Both the position numbers and the translations under genes were made by a program. From Phoronis australis (taxonomy: Eukaryota; Animalia; Phoronida), in NCBI GenBank assembly GCA_002633005.1, contig NMRA01000153.1, positions 495,557 through 559,556 on the forward strand: a DNA stretch of 64,000 nucleotides, given 5' to 3'. This document shows positions 1 to 14,406 of the stretch, piece after piece. Position 1 is the first letter of the stretch. Every line of letters begins with the position of its first letter. The notes beneath the pieces are model-generated. The model ran no database searches. It worked only from the letters and a program-made list of their open reading frames with translations, and was not told the DNA's origin.

Positions 1-2250
1 TCTTTACCACGTACCTCTACCGAAACCTGTCAGTGGTAGGCCAATTCCATAATTTTTTAAAGCCATTTTTGTAGGTCCTAGAAGTGAATGGCCGAATACA
101 ATGCATTGAATGGAACTCCCTCACTGTCAAGGGCTCTAGTGAAATCTCAGTGCCTAAATGTCCATCCGAATCATACAACTGAACTGTAGGTTCCACTAAA
201 CAATGTCCACCCAACACTCTTCAATCAGAAATGGCTATTCAAAACTTTTTTAGTTTCATTAAAAGAATATATATCTATTAATTTGGCTCCCTACCAAAAT
301 ATTTTGAAATGACAAGAGAGAAAAAGAGAGATACCCTGGCAGGAAGCAAACAGCTGCCAGGCATGTTATGTGTATCCTCACACATAGTAAACAACTACCT
401 CAGGGCAAACCAGGGTCTTCTTAAGGCAATGTTCTGGTCAGTGTCTTACAGAGCAGTTAAAATCCAACAAATGAAAGGCGAGGATTTTGTGAGTGTGCTA
501 GGAGCCTTACTAGCGTGCCAGTAAAGTGGCAGCCAATGAATTGATTGCACCACAGGCAGCTGTTGGGGCTACAGCCCCCCAATTATTTCAGTGCTGTGCC
601 GCCCGTGTTTATTGGTTGGTATGTTGATACCAAACTTTACTAACCCAGATGATTCATGGTTAATAAAAACTAACCCTAACAAGGTAAAAGTACCCCTTCT
701 TTGCAAACACTTCCCAGTTTTCCCAGCCGATGAGAGTTCTCTACCACTGAATAGTTCGATGAGAACAAGCTGATCCTGACTACATGGGGTCATAAAAGTT
801 CAAGTGTATCAGACAGTTGGTCACTGACCACCATCATCTGAGCTATTTTTAGACACGGGCAATTTACCTAGTAAACTGCACACCTCACATACAGGTTCCG
901 GAGCCCCTGGCATTTACAAAAGGACTCTGAGAAGTCTATGTTACATGCTTACAGTGAACGCAGATGGTAAAAATATTGCTTTCATCAGACAAAACCAGCA
1001 AACTCGACTATCTGCCCTGTTTTTCCCCTTCCCTCTCTCATGACATGCTCCTTAAGAATTTATTTATAGCTGGCCTCAAAGCTAAGACAACAGATATGAA
1101 AGGATTGGTGTCCACCCTCTTGATTTCTCAGAGATCAGGAAGTCAAGTGACAATCGTGCAGCCTTATTTCTCTGTCTAATCCCATTAATTCACTCCTTCC
1201 TGGTCTCTACAGGCAATCACCCTATCACCCTTCTTGTTCGCTTGACCACACCCATCCATCAACTGATTTAAACCTGCAGATAAAAGGCCGATGCTATAAA
1301 TAGGCGGGGACTTCCATAAATAGTGCAGGTTATCTATCATTTGTAAATATTTATTGAAGATTCAGAGCTCACCAGATTCACATCAGATGCGGGTTAGAAT
1401 TCTGATAAGATCAGCTGGCTACCTGAATGCAAAAGCAACGCACTAACCCTAATCAGTTCCTTCACAGCTCATGGACCTGATAAAACTCAGTTCACCAACT
1501 CACAAAAATGGCTCACCAACTGCCGAACACAGCACACCGTGTTAGCGGTCCGTGAGCTGTATGTGGGAGTCGTTGAACTGAGAGTTTATCAGTTTATAAG
1601 AGCAGAAACAACGTATACTCATAAGTGCGGTGACCATGGTGTTTGCGTCATTCCAGTAGCCAATGTTAGCCATTGTAGAATAACATGTGACCTTGTTCAA
1701 TACAACAGGAGTGGTGGGCATTACGATAACCTTTGAACTGGTCCTTTGCACCACAAGCCAAAATTACATATTGAAAATGGTGACTAGTCCAGAGTAGAGC
1801 ACCAGGTCCAGGTGGCATTCAATAGTTGTTTTGAGCCAAGGTAGAATTTACCTTTCTTAAGCCATGATTACTGCTATCAAATGGGAAGTTGAAATTTGGC
1901 AGGAAATTCAAGTAGCCTTTAGACACTAAGATTAGTAAAAAATTGGCGATCTACACCCACTTTTCACCAGATTTTTGTGATCTGGAGAGTTTTGGCAGTC
2001 TAGGAATAATAGTATGCAAATGGTAGCTTTGAGGCGAAAAATGTCACTTTGGAGGATTTTTGTTTTATTTTTTAAAGTAGCCAGCTTCACTTCCGGTAGT
2101 TGTATTAGGCAGAAAAATTGACTAGGGACTCAGTATCAATAAACTTTGCATTATTTTGAAGTCTTTGGCCCATAGTTTCAGGGTTTTTATTGCCTGCGGA
2201 ACACACTGCTGTAGCTGCCAAGACCTAATTTTTCAAGCCAAAATCAGCAA

Positions 2251-2424
2251 AAATGGTTGAGTAGCACCTATAACTACATAAATGGTTGAGTAGCACCTAT
2301 AACTACATAAATGGTTGAGTAGCACCTATAACTACATAAATGGTTGAGTAGCACCTATAACTACATAAATGGTTGAGTAGCACCTATAACTACATAAATG
2401 GTTGAGTAGCACCTATAACTACAT
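2251..2424. repeat. Perfect minisatellite, 6 x 29 bp (AAATGGTTGAGTAGCACCTATAACTACAT)
   Basis: Six identical head-to-tail units with no spacers. Confidence 0.97.
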
Positions 2425-5400
2425 TTTCAGTTCACACCATTAATTCCTTAATGAAACTTAACATTTATTTCTGGGCTTGGAAACTGGATAGTACAAAATT
2501 GTTCGAAACCGTGCTCCACAGGTTGGATAGTCATGGGGGGGGGGTTGTTATATGGCACTGAGCATAAATCAAACAAAAATTAACTGTTAGTTCTTTCCAT
2601 GCTCATATTTGAATAAGGAACAAGTTGCAACCAGTTTTATACAGGAAAGTGGTTTAACTAAAAAGTTAATTTCTTTGGCAGTTTGTAGATTCGTACCAGC
2701 TTTAGCATTGAGGAACTAATGAATTCAAAATTGGTTGAAATTCTAGAGTTGGCGTTTACCTAGTAGGGCGAAAACCCGATCTAAGTGGTGGGCATAAAAC
2801 GGCACCCGCACGTGGCCGAAGCATTAAGAGGTGAAAAGTAAAACTGGTAAAAAAATTCTGGAGTGGGCATATAACCAACCATGACAGACATTTACAGCAT
2901 GAGGGACACAGCCTTTGCTGTAATCAATAAACTCTACCCCAATAATGACACGTGTACAAGACTAAACAATCATGATTTCGGAAAATCATTCAACTTCATT
3001 TTAAGACCAATTTCCTGCAATTGCAGTTAACATTTCCTACCAAATAAAAAACCTAATTTAGTTTAAGGGCCCTTTCCCACAAAGTTAAATCTCATACTAA
3101 CTAAGCATCCACGTAATCTGCGATGTTAATTTGGGCATTTCCATCAGAGTGATCACTTGGTGATGCTTCAGTTATCGAAGTTACCACAAGGTGGTGCAAT
3201 ATGACCTTCACTACTGTCCCAGGAGTGACCCCAGTCAATAACTCCAATGAACACAAACACGTTGAACGTTCCCACTGCAGCAATGAATTGGTGCTTCACT
3301 GTTAAATCCATCTGTTTACTGCGATTTTAATTTAATGAGCTACTTCAATCCAATCCACAACAGAATTTAAGCATTCCCACTCACCAATGCCCCCCTCCCC
3401 CACGAGTGAAGCGTTGGAGTTTGTGGGAAAGGCCTATTAGATACCTTGTTGCACCTAGACATAAAGCTGAGAACGAGATTACCACATGCAAAAGGTACAA
3501 CGGCCAGTTCAACGATCCATTCATACACTATACCTTAATGTCAGGTAATATTTACATGCTGCGACTATAGGGAGACATTTTTACATTAACTGCATCAAAA
3601 ACTCAAAACACTTTCAATGGCGGATTAATGACCTTAACACCTGCCAGCCTGGCCATGTCCAAGACAGTTCTAACATCTTGGAGATCTATGTATTTGAATG
3701 GCTTACATGTTCAAAGATGTTGACAATGAACATTAATCCAAGTTGATAGTCTAGCTTCCAACAATATAAACACAGAAGTTCAGTCATCCAGAATATTTGT
3801 TTATTAGTTGATCAATTCACCATGGTTGCAGTAGACAAACAAAGCCAGAGGGCCATGCACACTATAACATGAAATGTAATCACAACTAAACCAGAGCCAT
3901 ACAACTTGAGCCAAAAGCACTAGTATCTACAGTATCATTATAATTCTAACAAAATCTGTAGGTGATTAATCCATGGATTTAGGCACTCCTAACAAACTGA
4001 ACTGAGTGACACTGCACACATTACAAGGCTACATATTTAAACAACTATATAAGTAAGTGTACATGTTAAACAGGTAGAAAACTAGGGCGCAGATATACAT
4101 TACAACAGACATTCAACTTGCAGTTGCTGTGCAGTAGAGGAATTCTGACCATTGGAGAAAATTATGAAAGCAACTTTTGAAAAGGAAAACTTTTAAAGAC
4201 ATCAGCCTCAACTGGCAACCAAGATCCGATAGCTGAGAATAGGAAAAATATCATCTGCTTCTGCTGGTGCTGCTCACGAGCAAAATTTTATCGGGAGACC
4301 AGAATGTCTCGACCTTCTTCAAACAACTGGGTTTCCAGGGAAACATTGCCATCTTCACCAACTGCATTGGTGAGCTGACTAAAGCTAGTCAGAGCTTCCC
4401 AAACCGGTCGATCGGACAAAAAAACTGCGCCCTCTACTGTGTGAAGAAAGAAGCAAATTTCAGTTCGCATGGGTAAAAAAATATTAATTGGAAAAAAGAT
4501 TGGTAAATCATGAAGCAATTTTTTATTTGACCGAAGCACACGACTAAACGCGACGACAGGTGCTGGAAAGCAACTCCGCGTGACCTAAACGTTTGGTGTA
4601 AATTGCAAAGGCCCCATATTTCATAAAACAAATACACATGTACACGCTATTAATTTAGCGTTTCAACTACTGGAGACAATGAAAAGCGACTATTAATCCA
4701 CCCACCCGTGTACTCAGCATGAGGTAACCAGGTAGCAAAGACATTGAATGTTGACATTCCGGCTACCAGTAGCTGGGCAGCAAATATTGGTCGATGACAA
4801 ACAGGCCACCATATTAACTGTCCAGCAACTGGCTATTCTTAGCACAACAGGGTTTACAAGCCTCACTCCAAGCAGCAGCAACAAAACAATTTATGAGCAG
4901 GAGGGAGGAAAGGTTACCGGAATTGCAATTTGTAGATTGCTGATGTTCAAGAAGATATTTGTACCAAGCCAGACACCTTAGAGATGGAAACAAATTGTTG
5001 TCTACAACAAGCAAGGGACCATGACACCTTGTACAAGTGATAGGGACAACTTTTTAACTTCCAAGTAGACCGTTTAAATGTAAACATTCATTTTTCATTC
5101 ATGAAAACTAGATTTCAATACTTTTTCCAACACGCTCAGACTAGCATTACACAAATTAAACTTTCAAGCACATTCAGTGATTTACATAATAAGCTTTCCC
5201 AATGGACTAGTCTATGTCTAAAAATAACTAATCAATAACTTGTAATCAGACCTGAAATTATATTTACTGGATAACCTTTGCCTTGTCAAGACAACAGATT
5301 TCCACCTTTGTCTTGCACAACACAACAGCAATGTTGTTAACAACTTGGCCACAGCACTTTGCACTGTTGAAAGCCATAATTAACACCAACTTGGACAGTT

Positions 5401-5611
5401 TGCACTGTTGAAAGGGCAAACGTAAAACCAACTTGGACATGGACACTTAGTGTAAAACCTACACTGAAGTCCCAATGTATCAACTAATGGTCTGCCTAGC
5501 CTTCAGTGTTCAGTCCCTACTCCCTTCAGTCTTTTTCCAGCTATCTAATTTTCTTTATGTACAAAAGTGGCCAGCTTATCAGTTCTAACACGTTAAATAT
5601 TCAATAAGAAC

Positions 5612-6624
5612 CATAGGCGGATTTAGGGGGGGGGGCCAGGGGGCCCGGGCCCCTCCCCCCTTGGCTGCCGCAAAAAATAAAACAGCAAGAGCGTAGGGAA
5701 ATGTTGAGTTTATTAATTTGCCCCGGTAATTAAAATTATACGGATGAAGATTTAAATGTGTGCAGTTTTAGTGTTTGGGGGGGGAGGGCTCAGATCCAAT
5801 TTCAAGGGTCAAATTCGCAACACGGTGCATTCATAACGGAACTATGGCTAAGTATAGGCTCTCCCGCGATATCCCAGGGGACCGGCAGTGGCGCTGCGCA
5901 CTACGACTCCGTTTCTGTCGTCTGCTCCACTGTGCAATGAAGAAAATTTATATCATTTTTTAAAGAAAATGGAACCTGAGTGATGATGAAAAAACAGAAG
6001 CTGCTGAAAAGATGCGAATTTTAATTGAAGCCTAAGTGAATCACTCAGAAACTCATAATTCTCTCTTTGTCAAATCTTAACTTAAGACGATTTCCCAAGC
6101 AATCCCGTCATTATTGCCAACATGAAAAACGGATTTGGTCTTTTTGGCATTTGAAGACTATTTTAAATACAACAAATTTGTTAAGAACCGGTTGCACAAA
6201 ATATATAACGTGTAATAAGCATTACAAAAAGAAGTAGGTTTCGCGCGCAAACGCTGTGGACCATAAACAAGTAGGTCTCTTAGTATAAGATTAATAGTTA
6301 AAGCGTGGTGGTGTAGTGTTAAAGCACGTGCGCTCTATTCTCCAGGTCGTGAGTTCGAGTCTGTGGTACTTGCAGTTTTTCTTCTGTGACACGTTCTCCG
6401 GTTTTTTTTTTGCCTTTTTGTCTTGGATAATACTTCAGAAATCAAGGAAAATGCTTGATTTTTAAAGGAAAAAAATAGAAAAATTTCCTGATGGGAGGGT
6501 TTGTCCCCCACCGCCCGACCTCCCCCCATTCGGTGCTATGCGCATCTACAATCGTGGTTTGTGCAAATGCTTACAGCCGGATAAAATGTTGGCTCCCCCT
6601 TGTGATATCCTTGATCCGCCACTA
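5612..6624. mobile_element. Non-autonomous DNA transposon (~1 kb) with GGCGGAT-core termini and a 5-bp TSD (hAT5-like by inference)
   Basis: Starts CATAGGCGGATT and ends GATCCGCCACTA; flanked by AGAAC at 5607-5611 and 6625-6629; CpG-rich relative to its flanks. Confidence 0.8.
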
Positions 6625-6939
6625 AGAACAATGTGAGAGACCTTGTACTCCTTAGAAATCCAGTCTAATCAGACCAAGGCTCAAGCCAAGACCAATTTTA
6701 TAGTGGTATGGTAGAACCTCACCCATTTCGCACATGACAAAAATGATGGTTAAAATTGACTTTTTCAATTTTCAAGGGTTTCTAACCTTGTTATGATTGC
6801 TTACATGTTTTTCTCAAAATATTGAGTGGTGGTAGCAACAATATAGAACTTGCACTGAAATGCTTGCATCTAATGTTAAATGTCTTAAGGAAAAAGCAAA
6901 ATCAACCACACTGTGCCCTAATATGGCAAGATTTTAATG

Positions 6940-7636
6940 TAAGTGTCGTGGCTATTTCACTGCAAGTGCCGTGGCTATTTTACGGTAAGCGTCATGGCTA
7001 TTTTACGGTGTCGTGGCTATTTTACCACAAGTATTTTGGCTATTTCACTGTAAGTGCCATGGCTATGTTACCGTAAGTGTCGTGGCTATTTTACCGTAAG
7101 TGTCATAGCTATTTTACTGTGTCGTGGCGATTTTACTGTACGTGTCGTGGCTATTCAACTGTAGGTGTCATGACTATTTTACTGTACATGTCGTGGCTAT
7201 TTTACTGCACGTGTCGTGGCTATTTTAGTGCAGGTGTCATGGCTATTTTACTATACGTGTCATGGCTATTTTACTGTACTTGTCGTGACTATTTTACTGT
7301 AAGTGTCATAGCTATTTTACTGTGTCGTGGCCATTTTACTGTGTCATGGCTATTTAACTGTGTCGTGGCTATTTTACTGGACGTGTCGTGGCTATTTTAC
7401 TGTACGTGTCTATTTTACTGTACGTGTCATAGCTATTTTACGGGCTGTCGGGGCTATTTTACTGTACGTGTCGTGGCTATTTTACTGTATGTGTCATAGC
7501 TATTTTAATGTGTCATAGCTATTTTACTGTAAGTGTCATAGCTATTTTACTGTATGTGTCATAGCTATTTTAATGTGTCATAGCTATTTTACTGTAAGTG
7601 TCATAGCTATTTTACAGTAAGTGTCATGGCTATTTG
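6940..7636. repeat. Degenerate minisatellite of ~23 bp (GTGTCRTRGCTATTTTACTGTAM) with 19-bp variants, roughly 30 copies
   Basis: Recurrent GTGTCGTGGCTATTTTACTG units; these explain the repetitive ORFs at 7077-7518. Confidence 0.95.
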
Positions 7637-7649
7637 ACATGGAACATAT

Positions 7650-8330
7650 CTGAAGCTAGGTAAGGTTAGGACTTGAATGACCAAAACAATTTCATTCTGA
7701 AACTAGACACGTCTTTCACAAACAACAACCATATGTAACTACCATAAGCAAAATGAAAGCAGATTTTACCAAATTTTCCTTGAACCTATTTCTCATAGAT
7801 CTTGGTTTAAGGTAGTAAGTAGGACCTTATCGACAACTCTATATGCATTTCACAAAATATCTACACAACTAAAAAGTTTAAATTGGTAAAAGTGGATATT
7901 ACCTGAAAGTAGAAGACTGTAGAATTTGATTTTTGACTTTATATCATCCAGCCATTGTTTTGGTCATGTGACAGTGACCATGAATTTTTAATAAAAAATT
8001 AACAAAAAAGTTAAAGTAAATTCATAGCAAGACAACATCAATAACAAGAGCAAACTTTTTTCATACAAGTGTTCAAGATGAAATCTAAAAAACGCTGTTA
8101 GTTTTCCAAATAATTTTCATTTCATACAACTCTTGCAAAGGGGATTAATATCAAAACAATTCCTAAAAGCCTTTTTGGAGAACAGAGCAGCAAGCACAGT
8201 GTCTGAAAGCTCCATTTGATTTTGAATAGTAATTTCTGAGATATGATATTTCGAAATTTTGCAAGTAGGTATATAGTGACTAAAAGTCAAGAGTTGCAGC
8301 GTAAACGAGGTACCGTATAAGTCTTAAGCC
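7650..8330. mobile_element. Old dispersed repeat (MITE-like, possibly Kolobok type); related copies in the opposite orientation at ~56700-57180 and ~58605-59040
   Basis: The motif GGTCACATGACC...AGTCAAAAATCAAATT(C/A)(T/C)ACAG is shared by all three sites, as is ATCTCAGAAAT; the 58605 copy begins TTAAGG and the 57180 copy ends CCTTAA. Boundaries are approximate. Confidence 0.6.
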
Positions 8331-11300
8331 ATTTTTCACGAAACAGAAGCATGAGTTCTGTAGATATGAGAGTGCACGATCGCGCAAGAGTTGGAGAGAT
8401 ACCACCACAAGCGAAGCACGTAATCACACCAGGTTTCTCAGCAAGATTCTTCTCTCAAGCTAACAGAAATAATACAGTGCTAGTTCTAGATATTCCTACG
8501 GAAATTCTTGAATCCTCTTGAGCCCTAGTCACCTGCCCAGGAAGTGGTGGACCCATTCATTCTTTGCAAATTGCATTGGAACATTGTGCAGCACTCAAGC
8601 ATTATGATCGCTAAGCACTGCTGCATACAATAAGGCCAACTGCAAGCACTAGACAATCTATCACTCAGCATTGTAGCTAAAAATAGCATCAAATCAAGCT
8701 ATATTTGGCCCCTGGGGTTTATAAATAGCTGAGTGGTGAATCAATGGGAAATTATGTGCTAGGCAATCCAACACCAGCACATGCAGGCTTGCATTCAGGC
8801 ACCATTTGCCAATCACAAGCACTAGGCATAATGACTCACACAACTGGTGAACCCTTTGTACTGCTTACTAGCAAAGTTTGAAAGCTAAATCACAGCCTAA
8901 AGTGGTTCAGCTTGCTAACAGAATGTAGAGACATTAGACACTGTACTGAGCAACTTGCTGCAATTGGAAATTGTGAAACATAGCCGTGATTTTTGTGATT
9001 AAAAGTGAAAGATCGTCGATATTAAAACTCTTACATGACTCAAAGCGAAACTACAAAAGAAAGTGGAATAGACAAGGTGACACAGATAATGACCCCTCAT
9101 GACCATATTATGATCTGCAGACGCTGCTTTCCACATCATTGATATCCAGTAAAAAAATGATTGCACAAAGACAAACCCATAGGCTCACACACTAAGACAC
9201 AAAAGTCCACATGCTAAGATGAACTTTTCACAGTGTAAACTACACCAAGAGCAGCCAAATAATGAGTTACTCCAACTCAGTAGTATTTCATAAAGCAGGC
9301 AAGTTAACCTTCAGAAAATTACACAGGTAAAAAAGTGGAGTGCTCTACATTTGATATTTTGTGGAATGGGCGGCACCCTAACATCAGAGGACAGCAGGGG
9401 ATGGCTACAGATATTTGTGGCCAGTTTTGTCAAAGGTTGTACGCCAGGTCTTAGCTAAGAGTATTAAGCAGATTATAGAGAATGCAACTCTACGTTTTTT
9501 AACATGTCGATAATCCTTTATATTCATACTTAATGAACACCTGCACAAGATATGACCGGAAGTTCACATGCCCACATTGTGGCGAGTTTGTATGCAGATG
9601 GCTTTCGAAATGAGAACCTTTAACTGGTGTGAAGCATCCAAAATATCGTGCTTCGCTGAAAAACTAAAATGACCATCTCCCATGAGTTCAAATTCATTGG
9701 ACTAATTTTCAATATCTATGCAGGCAAGCCAAGCTTGTCGTGGGAAAAGTCCAACTTTGCAACTAGTCAAAACAGAACACTGTGTGCAGCCCTCTGGATG
9801 GGTGGCTGGGCGACCTCCTCTAATGTCCCTATGCAGCCCTGTTGTCACCTGAATAGCGCTTTTAACTAAAAGCTGCTGGTCATGTAGAACTGTCATGCCA
9901 CAACTAACAAAAGGTACACCAATACAGGGTTCGAATTGGTGACCTGCAGCGACCTCAGATTTTGTTTGATGACCTGGTTTTAATACAGCTAGGAGGCGAG
10001 CCCGTTTGGAATATTAGGCCCCACAAGGGGGAAATTGGTAGTTGGCGAGCACATGGCATACTTCTAGTTGAGGGCCCTCTTGGAAAGCAGTGCTATCACT
10101 GAAGAGGCCACCCTCATTTTAAACATCACAATAATAAAAAATAATAAAAAAATAAATATTAGTACAACTTTACACATGCCTCATGTTGCAACGGTCATTT
10201 TGCTAACTTTGCCCGCTCTTCAAGTCACATATTCACCATTTCGTCGATCGTTATCAAGGATGGTCACACCCTTGAACGCAATGATTCCTCATTTTGGCAG
10301 CCTTATTTCCCATTTAGCAACCAGGTAAATTGTACCTGGTGGCATTTGGTGAGTTGGCGTTATGCAATAGCATTGTGAATAGATGAGAACACAGTTGTAA
10401 CGCCTTACAGGTTCAAACACTTGGCTGTCTGAAAGGCAGTTGTTGTGGGAACAATTTGATTCTCACTTGGCATGACGACCAAGCAAGAAGTCACATATTA
10501 CAAACTGTTCCACAAGCAAACTTGACCAGCAGTAGGCAAATTTTCGCATGTGCATACAAACAGCTATGAGACGACAGAAAGAGCAACGGACCACAAAAAC
10601 AAATTGTCCTGAGTTCATTTCGCAGCAACAGAGATTATGGTTAAGAGTTTCAATTCAGGGCATATTATCACTAGATAACAAATTTCTTTAATGTGAAATT
10701 TATTCATAAAATAATAACTAAGAAAGTGTAATTTCAGCTTGGTTTCCGTTGTTTAGTCACCAAACAAAAGCATTAGAAATTCTTGTAGTAAGGCTTTGGG
10801 AATTGCAATTTTAGCATTTACTTTGGTCTGAAATCAAATCATCTTTATCACAGCTGTCAGCCTGTCACAGGAGTTCCACAATAAACGGAAGAATTCACAG
10901 CAGCACATCTAGATAGTGGTTTCATATGGTATGAAACGAGTCAACTTTTCACCTCTAGCCATCGGAGATGAGGGTCAAACTCAACACAATCACCGAGGGC
11001 ATGCTAAGTACATTTGTGGGCACTTGGCCACTAAAAATAGCTGCTGTTTGGTAATTCAACCCAGTCAACAGGGAGCAGATAGAGAAATACAAGGTATCTG
11101 ACGAATGAAGGCACACTGAACCAGACCGGGAAGTGCTCTGGGGTCCATGCACTTGTTCATTATATACAATATCTAAACATATCTAATTATACAGTGTCAA
11201 ATTAAGTACAACTGCCCAAGTTTACATGCCTGAGTTCACGTTCACATACAAGTCTCAACAATGAAGTGAGCAGCGAGTTTGCTCATTAGTGATTGAACAT

Positions 11301-14032
11301 TACACAGAGTGTAGTATATATGGAGCAAGGCAGGCAGGGTTATTGTCCATCTAAGTATGACGACGACAGTCTTCATCTCAAAAATATTTCACAGGCAAAT
11401 CAATTTGAACTGCAAGAGTGCGTCGCTTTAATTGCCTTGACGGTGAGACTGAACTACAACATGCAACAACTTGCAAGTGTGAGAAACCACTGACAACAGT
11501 ACAATCTTATGGCCAACTAGTAACTCTCAACACCACCCAATGGTGGAGAGGGAATTATGAAGACAGCAAGCCTGTTCTAATGGCAGCAAAGTTTGAACTA
11601 AGCCACAGTGAGCCTAATAATGACAAACAGAGAGTCACCAGACCAGGACAGTGGTGTTGTTAGTGACCTGCCTCAGGGAAGCATAAAAGTGTACAAGGGT
11701 GTGACCTAAGCTAAAAATAGATAACCTTTAGTACAGCCTTCAAACACATTATGATGATGAGTCTTGACTCATACTCTGTGTAGGGCGGTGGTGGGTGATG
11801 GACACAGGATTGCTCTAAACCAACAACAAGATGGCCAGGCCAGATAGTGGCTTTATCTGACGACAACGCAGTGCTGGCGCCTGTCTCAGCACAGCATGTG
11901 CATCCGTGAAGATTATTCACGCATCTACTTAATATGAGCATTATACAGACCAGATGGTATTAACACAGTTATTAATTAAATGGAATTGGTATGCAGACAC
12001 GGCAAACTTATGTTCTATTCATAAAAGCAGAGGTGAACAATGTGAAACAGTTTGAAAAGAACCAAATACTAGCTACCATTTCAAAAAAGTCTGCTCAACA
12101 CTTTCAAACAACAAAACACCCAGACATTCAATGGTCTCTCAACACAGACAACAGACTCCTTTCCTCAATTACATATCACTGAGACAGACTGATCGGCTGA
12201 GACAGACTGAACCCCGGGTGATGACAAAATGCAGTGACCACTGAATATATTTAAAATCAACAGACATCACCATCTCTTTCTAGAGAGTTATCCAACAAGA
12301 TTGCATAAACTCACGACTAGAGAGCACCAGCATAGTGCCATACTGATGATGTCACAAACCAGGGCTCGCTTAATATGCAAAATCAATGAATGTCCCCAAC
12401 ACATCACCACACAACAGCATCTGCTAAATATATACACAAAATCACCTAGCAGTCTTACTACTGTTGGTAAAGACAATGTCCAGTCCAAGGCATCCAGACA
12501 ACAAACGAATGGACTGTACACTTTCAAAGACACGATTTTAAATAACTGAAACCGAATCTGATAAACTTTGGTGTGAAAGAAAACTTTCTGCTACTTAATT
12601 TCGAACATCTTTCACAGCATTTTACAGAATGTGAACAATGTGTTCATGCAATTAGATCAAACTGGCCTGCAATCCATAGATGCAAGATGTGCACGAGAGA
12701 AGCTGGTGATATTACTCATGACTTGGTAGTATTACATGATATCTGGCCATCATCTGGCGTGATATTGCATTTTTGCAGGTATCTTTTATCTAATAAATGC
12801 AGCCCTGCTCAGCTGATCTATTTGCAAGTACACCATTAAAATTGAATGCATGGATACAAGAGTTTCACTTCTACTCACAAAAGCAGAAGTTAAAAGACCA
12901 GGTACTGCTTTTGTGAAGAATGTAAATCATTGAATTCTTTCTGTGCATTGATTTTTCTAATTTCTGTCGCATTAAGGCCACTATAGACAGGCCAAAACAA
13001 CTGAACACTATGGAGTGCTTCCACAGAATTTGCTCCCCTCTCTTGCCAGCAAACATACAGCAGAATGAGAGACTTTCAAATAGCAACGTAGTTACTGGTC
13101 ACATGGGGACAGACACCAATAAGCTCTAGAGGAGGAGAGGGCACCTTCAGGGCTTGTAATGACCAATGACAAAAAACGCGGAAACTTTGAAACTTTTACA
13201 GCCTAAATCATGCCCGATAACCAGCCTTGAAATGGTCAATGTGAACCTTTCCCCGACAAAAATCGGAAGGACTAAAAAAAAAAAAAAAAAANTGCACAGT
13301 CAATAAGCTGGTATTCGTTTGACCTTTCGTAACACACTTGCACTCCTTTATCCTGCCACAGTATCTCTGTGTGCTCGTAGAACTCCTAAAATAGTCAACA
13401 GCAACATACACGCCGCTACAGCAAACATGGAGTCTGAACAGAGTCTGCCCAGTACGTGGCTGGACAAGTTAGGCCAATGAAGGCACTTTTGAAAGCAACC
13501 ACAAAACTGCAACTAAGGATTGACAATTATGAGGACATAAAATAAGCAAGGAGTTATAAGTTGAACAACTAATGTAACAAACAGTTCACCAAATGCATTA
13601 CCATAGTTGCGACACTAACATTTTTGTTGGAAAGTGGGTTCTTTGAATGTTTGGAAAGCAAAACAACGTTTTAAGAGCTTGAGACTACCCTCCTTCGTTA
13701 AACTCGATAATTGAGCTATATACAGCACTTTCAGACAACATAGCTTTATAGGGAGGTTAGTGGCAGTGTGTGGTTGCTTAGACTCAACCGAGTCCACTAA
13801 TTAATACATCTCAATTTTTTGTCAGATGACAAGTTTTCAACAAACAGGGCACAGATATGTTTAAATTGAATACAAATCTGCCAGCCAAAAGTTGTTAAAA
13901 AAACGCTTAAGGAAAGGCGCTTTCATAACCTGTGTTGCTATGGCAACGAGTAAAGCTTAAGGTATGATAATTGATAGACAACAATATCTAGCAACAGAGT
14001 TCAGCATTTCACTTAAATGTGCCGCATCTCAT

Positions 14033-14406
14033 TCTGTGCAATTGGCATGGCCACATCCATTTTGACTCTGTGCAATTGGCATGGCCACATCCATTTTGAC
14101 TCTGTGCAATTGGCATGGCCACATCCATTTTGACTCTGTGCAATTGGCATGGCCACATCCATTTTGACTCTGTGCAATTGGCATGGCCACATCCATTTTG
14201 ACTCTGTGCAATTGGCATGGCCACATCCATTTTGACTCTGTGCAATTGGCATGGCCACATCCATTTTGACTCTGTGCAATTGGCATGGCCACATCCATTT
14301 TGACTCTGTGCAATTGGCATGGCCACATCCATTTTGACTCTGTGCAATTGGCATGGCCACATCCATTTTGACTCTGTGCAATTGGCATGGCCACATCCAT
14401 TTTGAC
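14033..14406. repeat. Perfect minisatellite, 11 x 34 bp (TCTGTGCAATTGGCATGGCCACATCCATTTTGAC)
   Basis: 374 bp equals 11 identical head-to-tail units. Confidence 0.98.

Noticed and set aside
2251-2424. 29-bp repeat as a CRISPR array
   Set aside because: Units are contiguous with no spacers, there are no cas genes, and the context is a eukaryotic intron.
6822-7518. Hydrophobic repetitive ORFs (SWLFYCTCRGYF)
   Set aside because: Translation of the 23-bp minisatellite.
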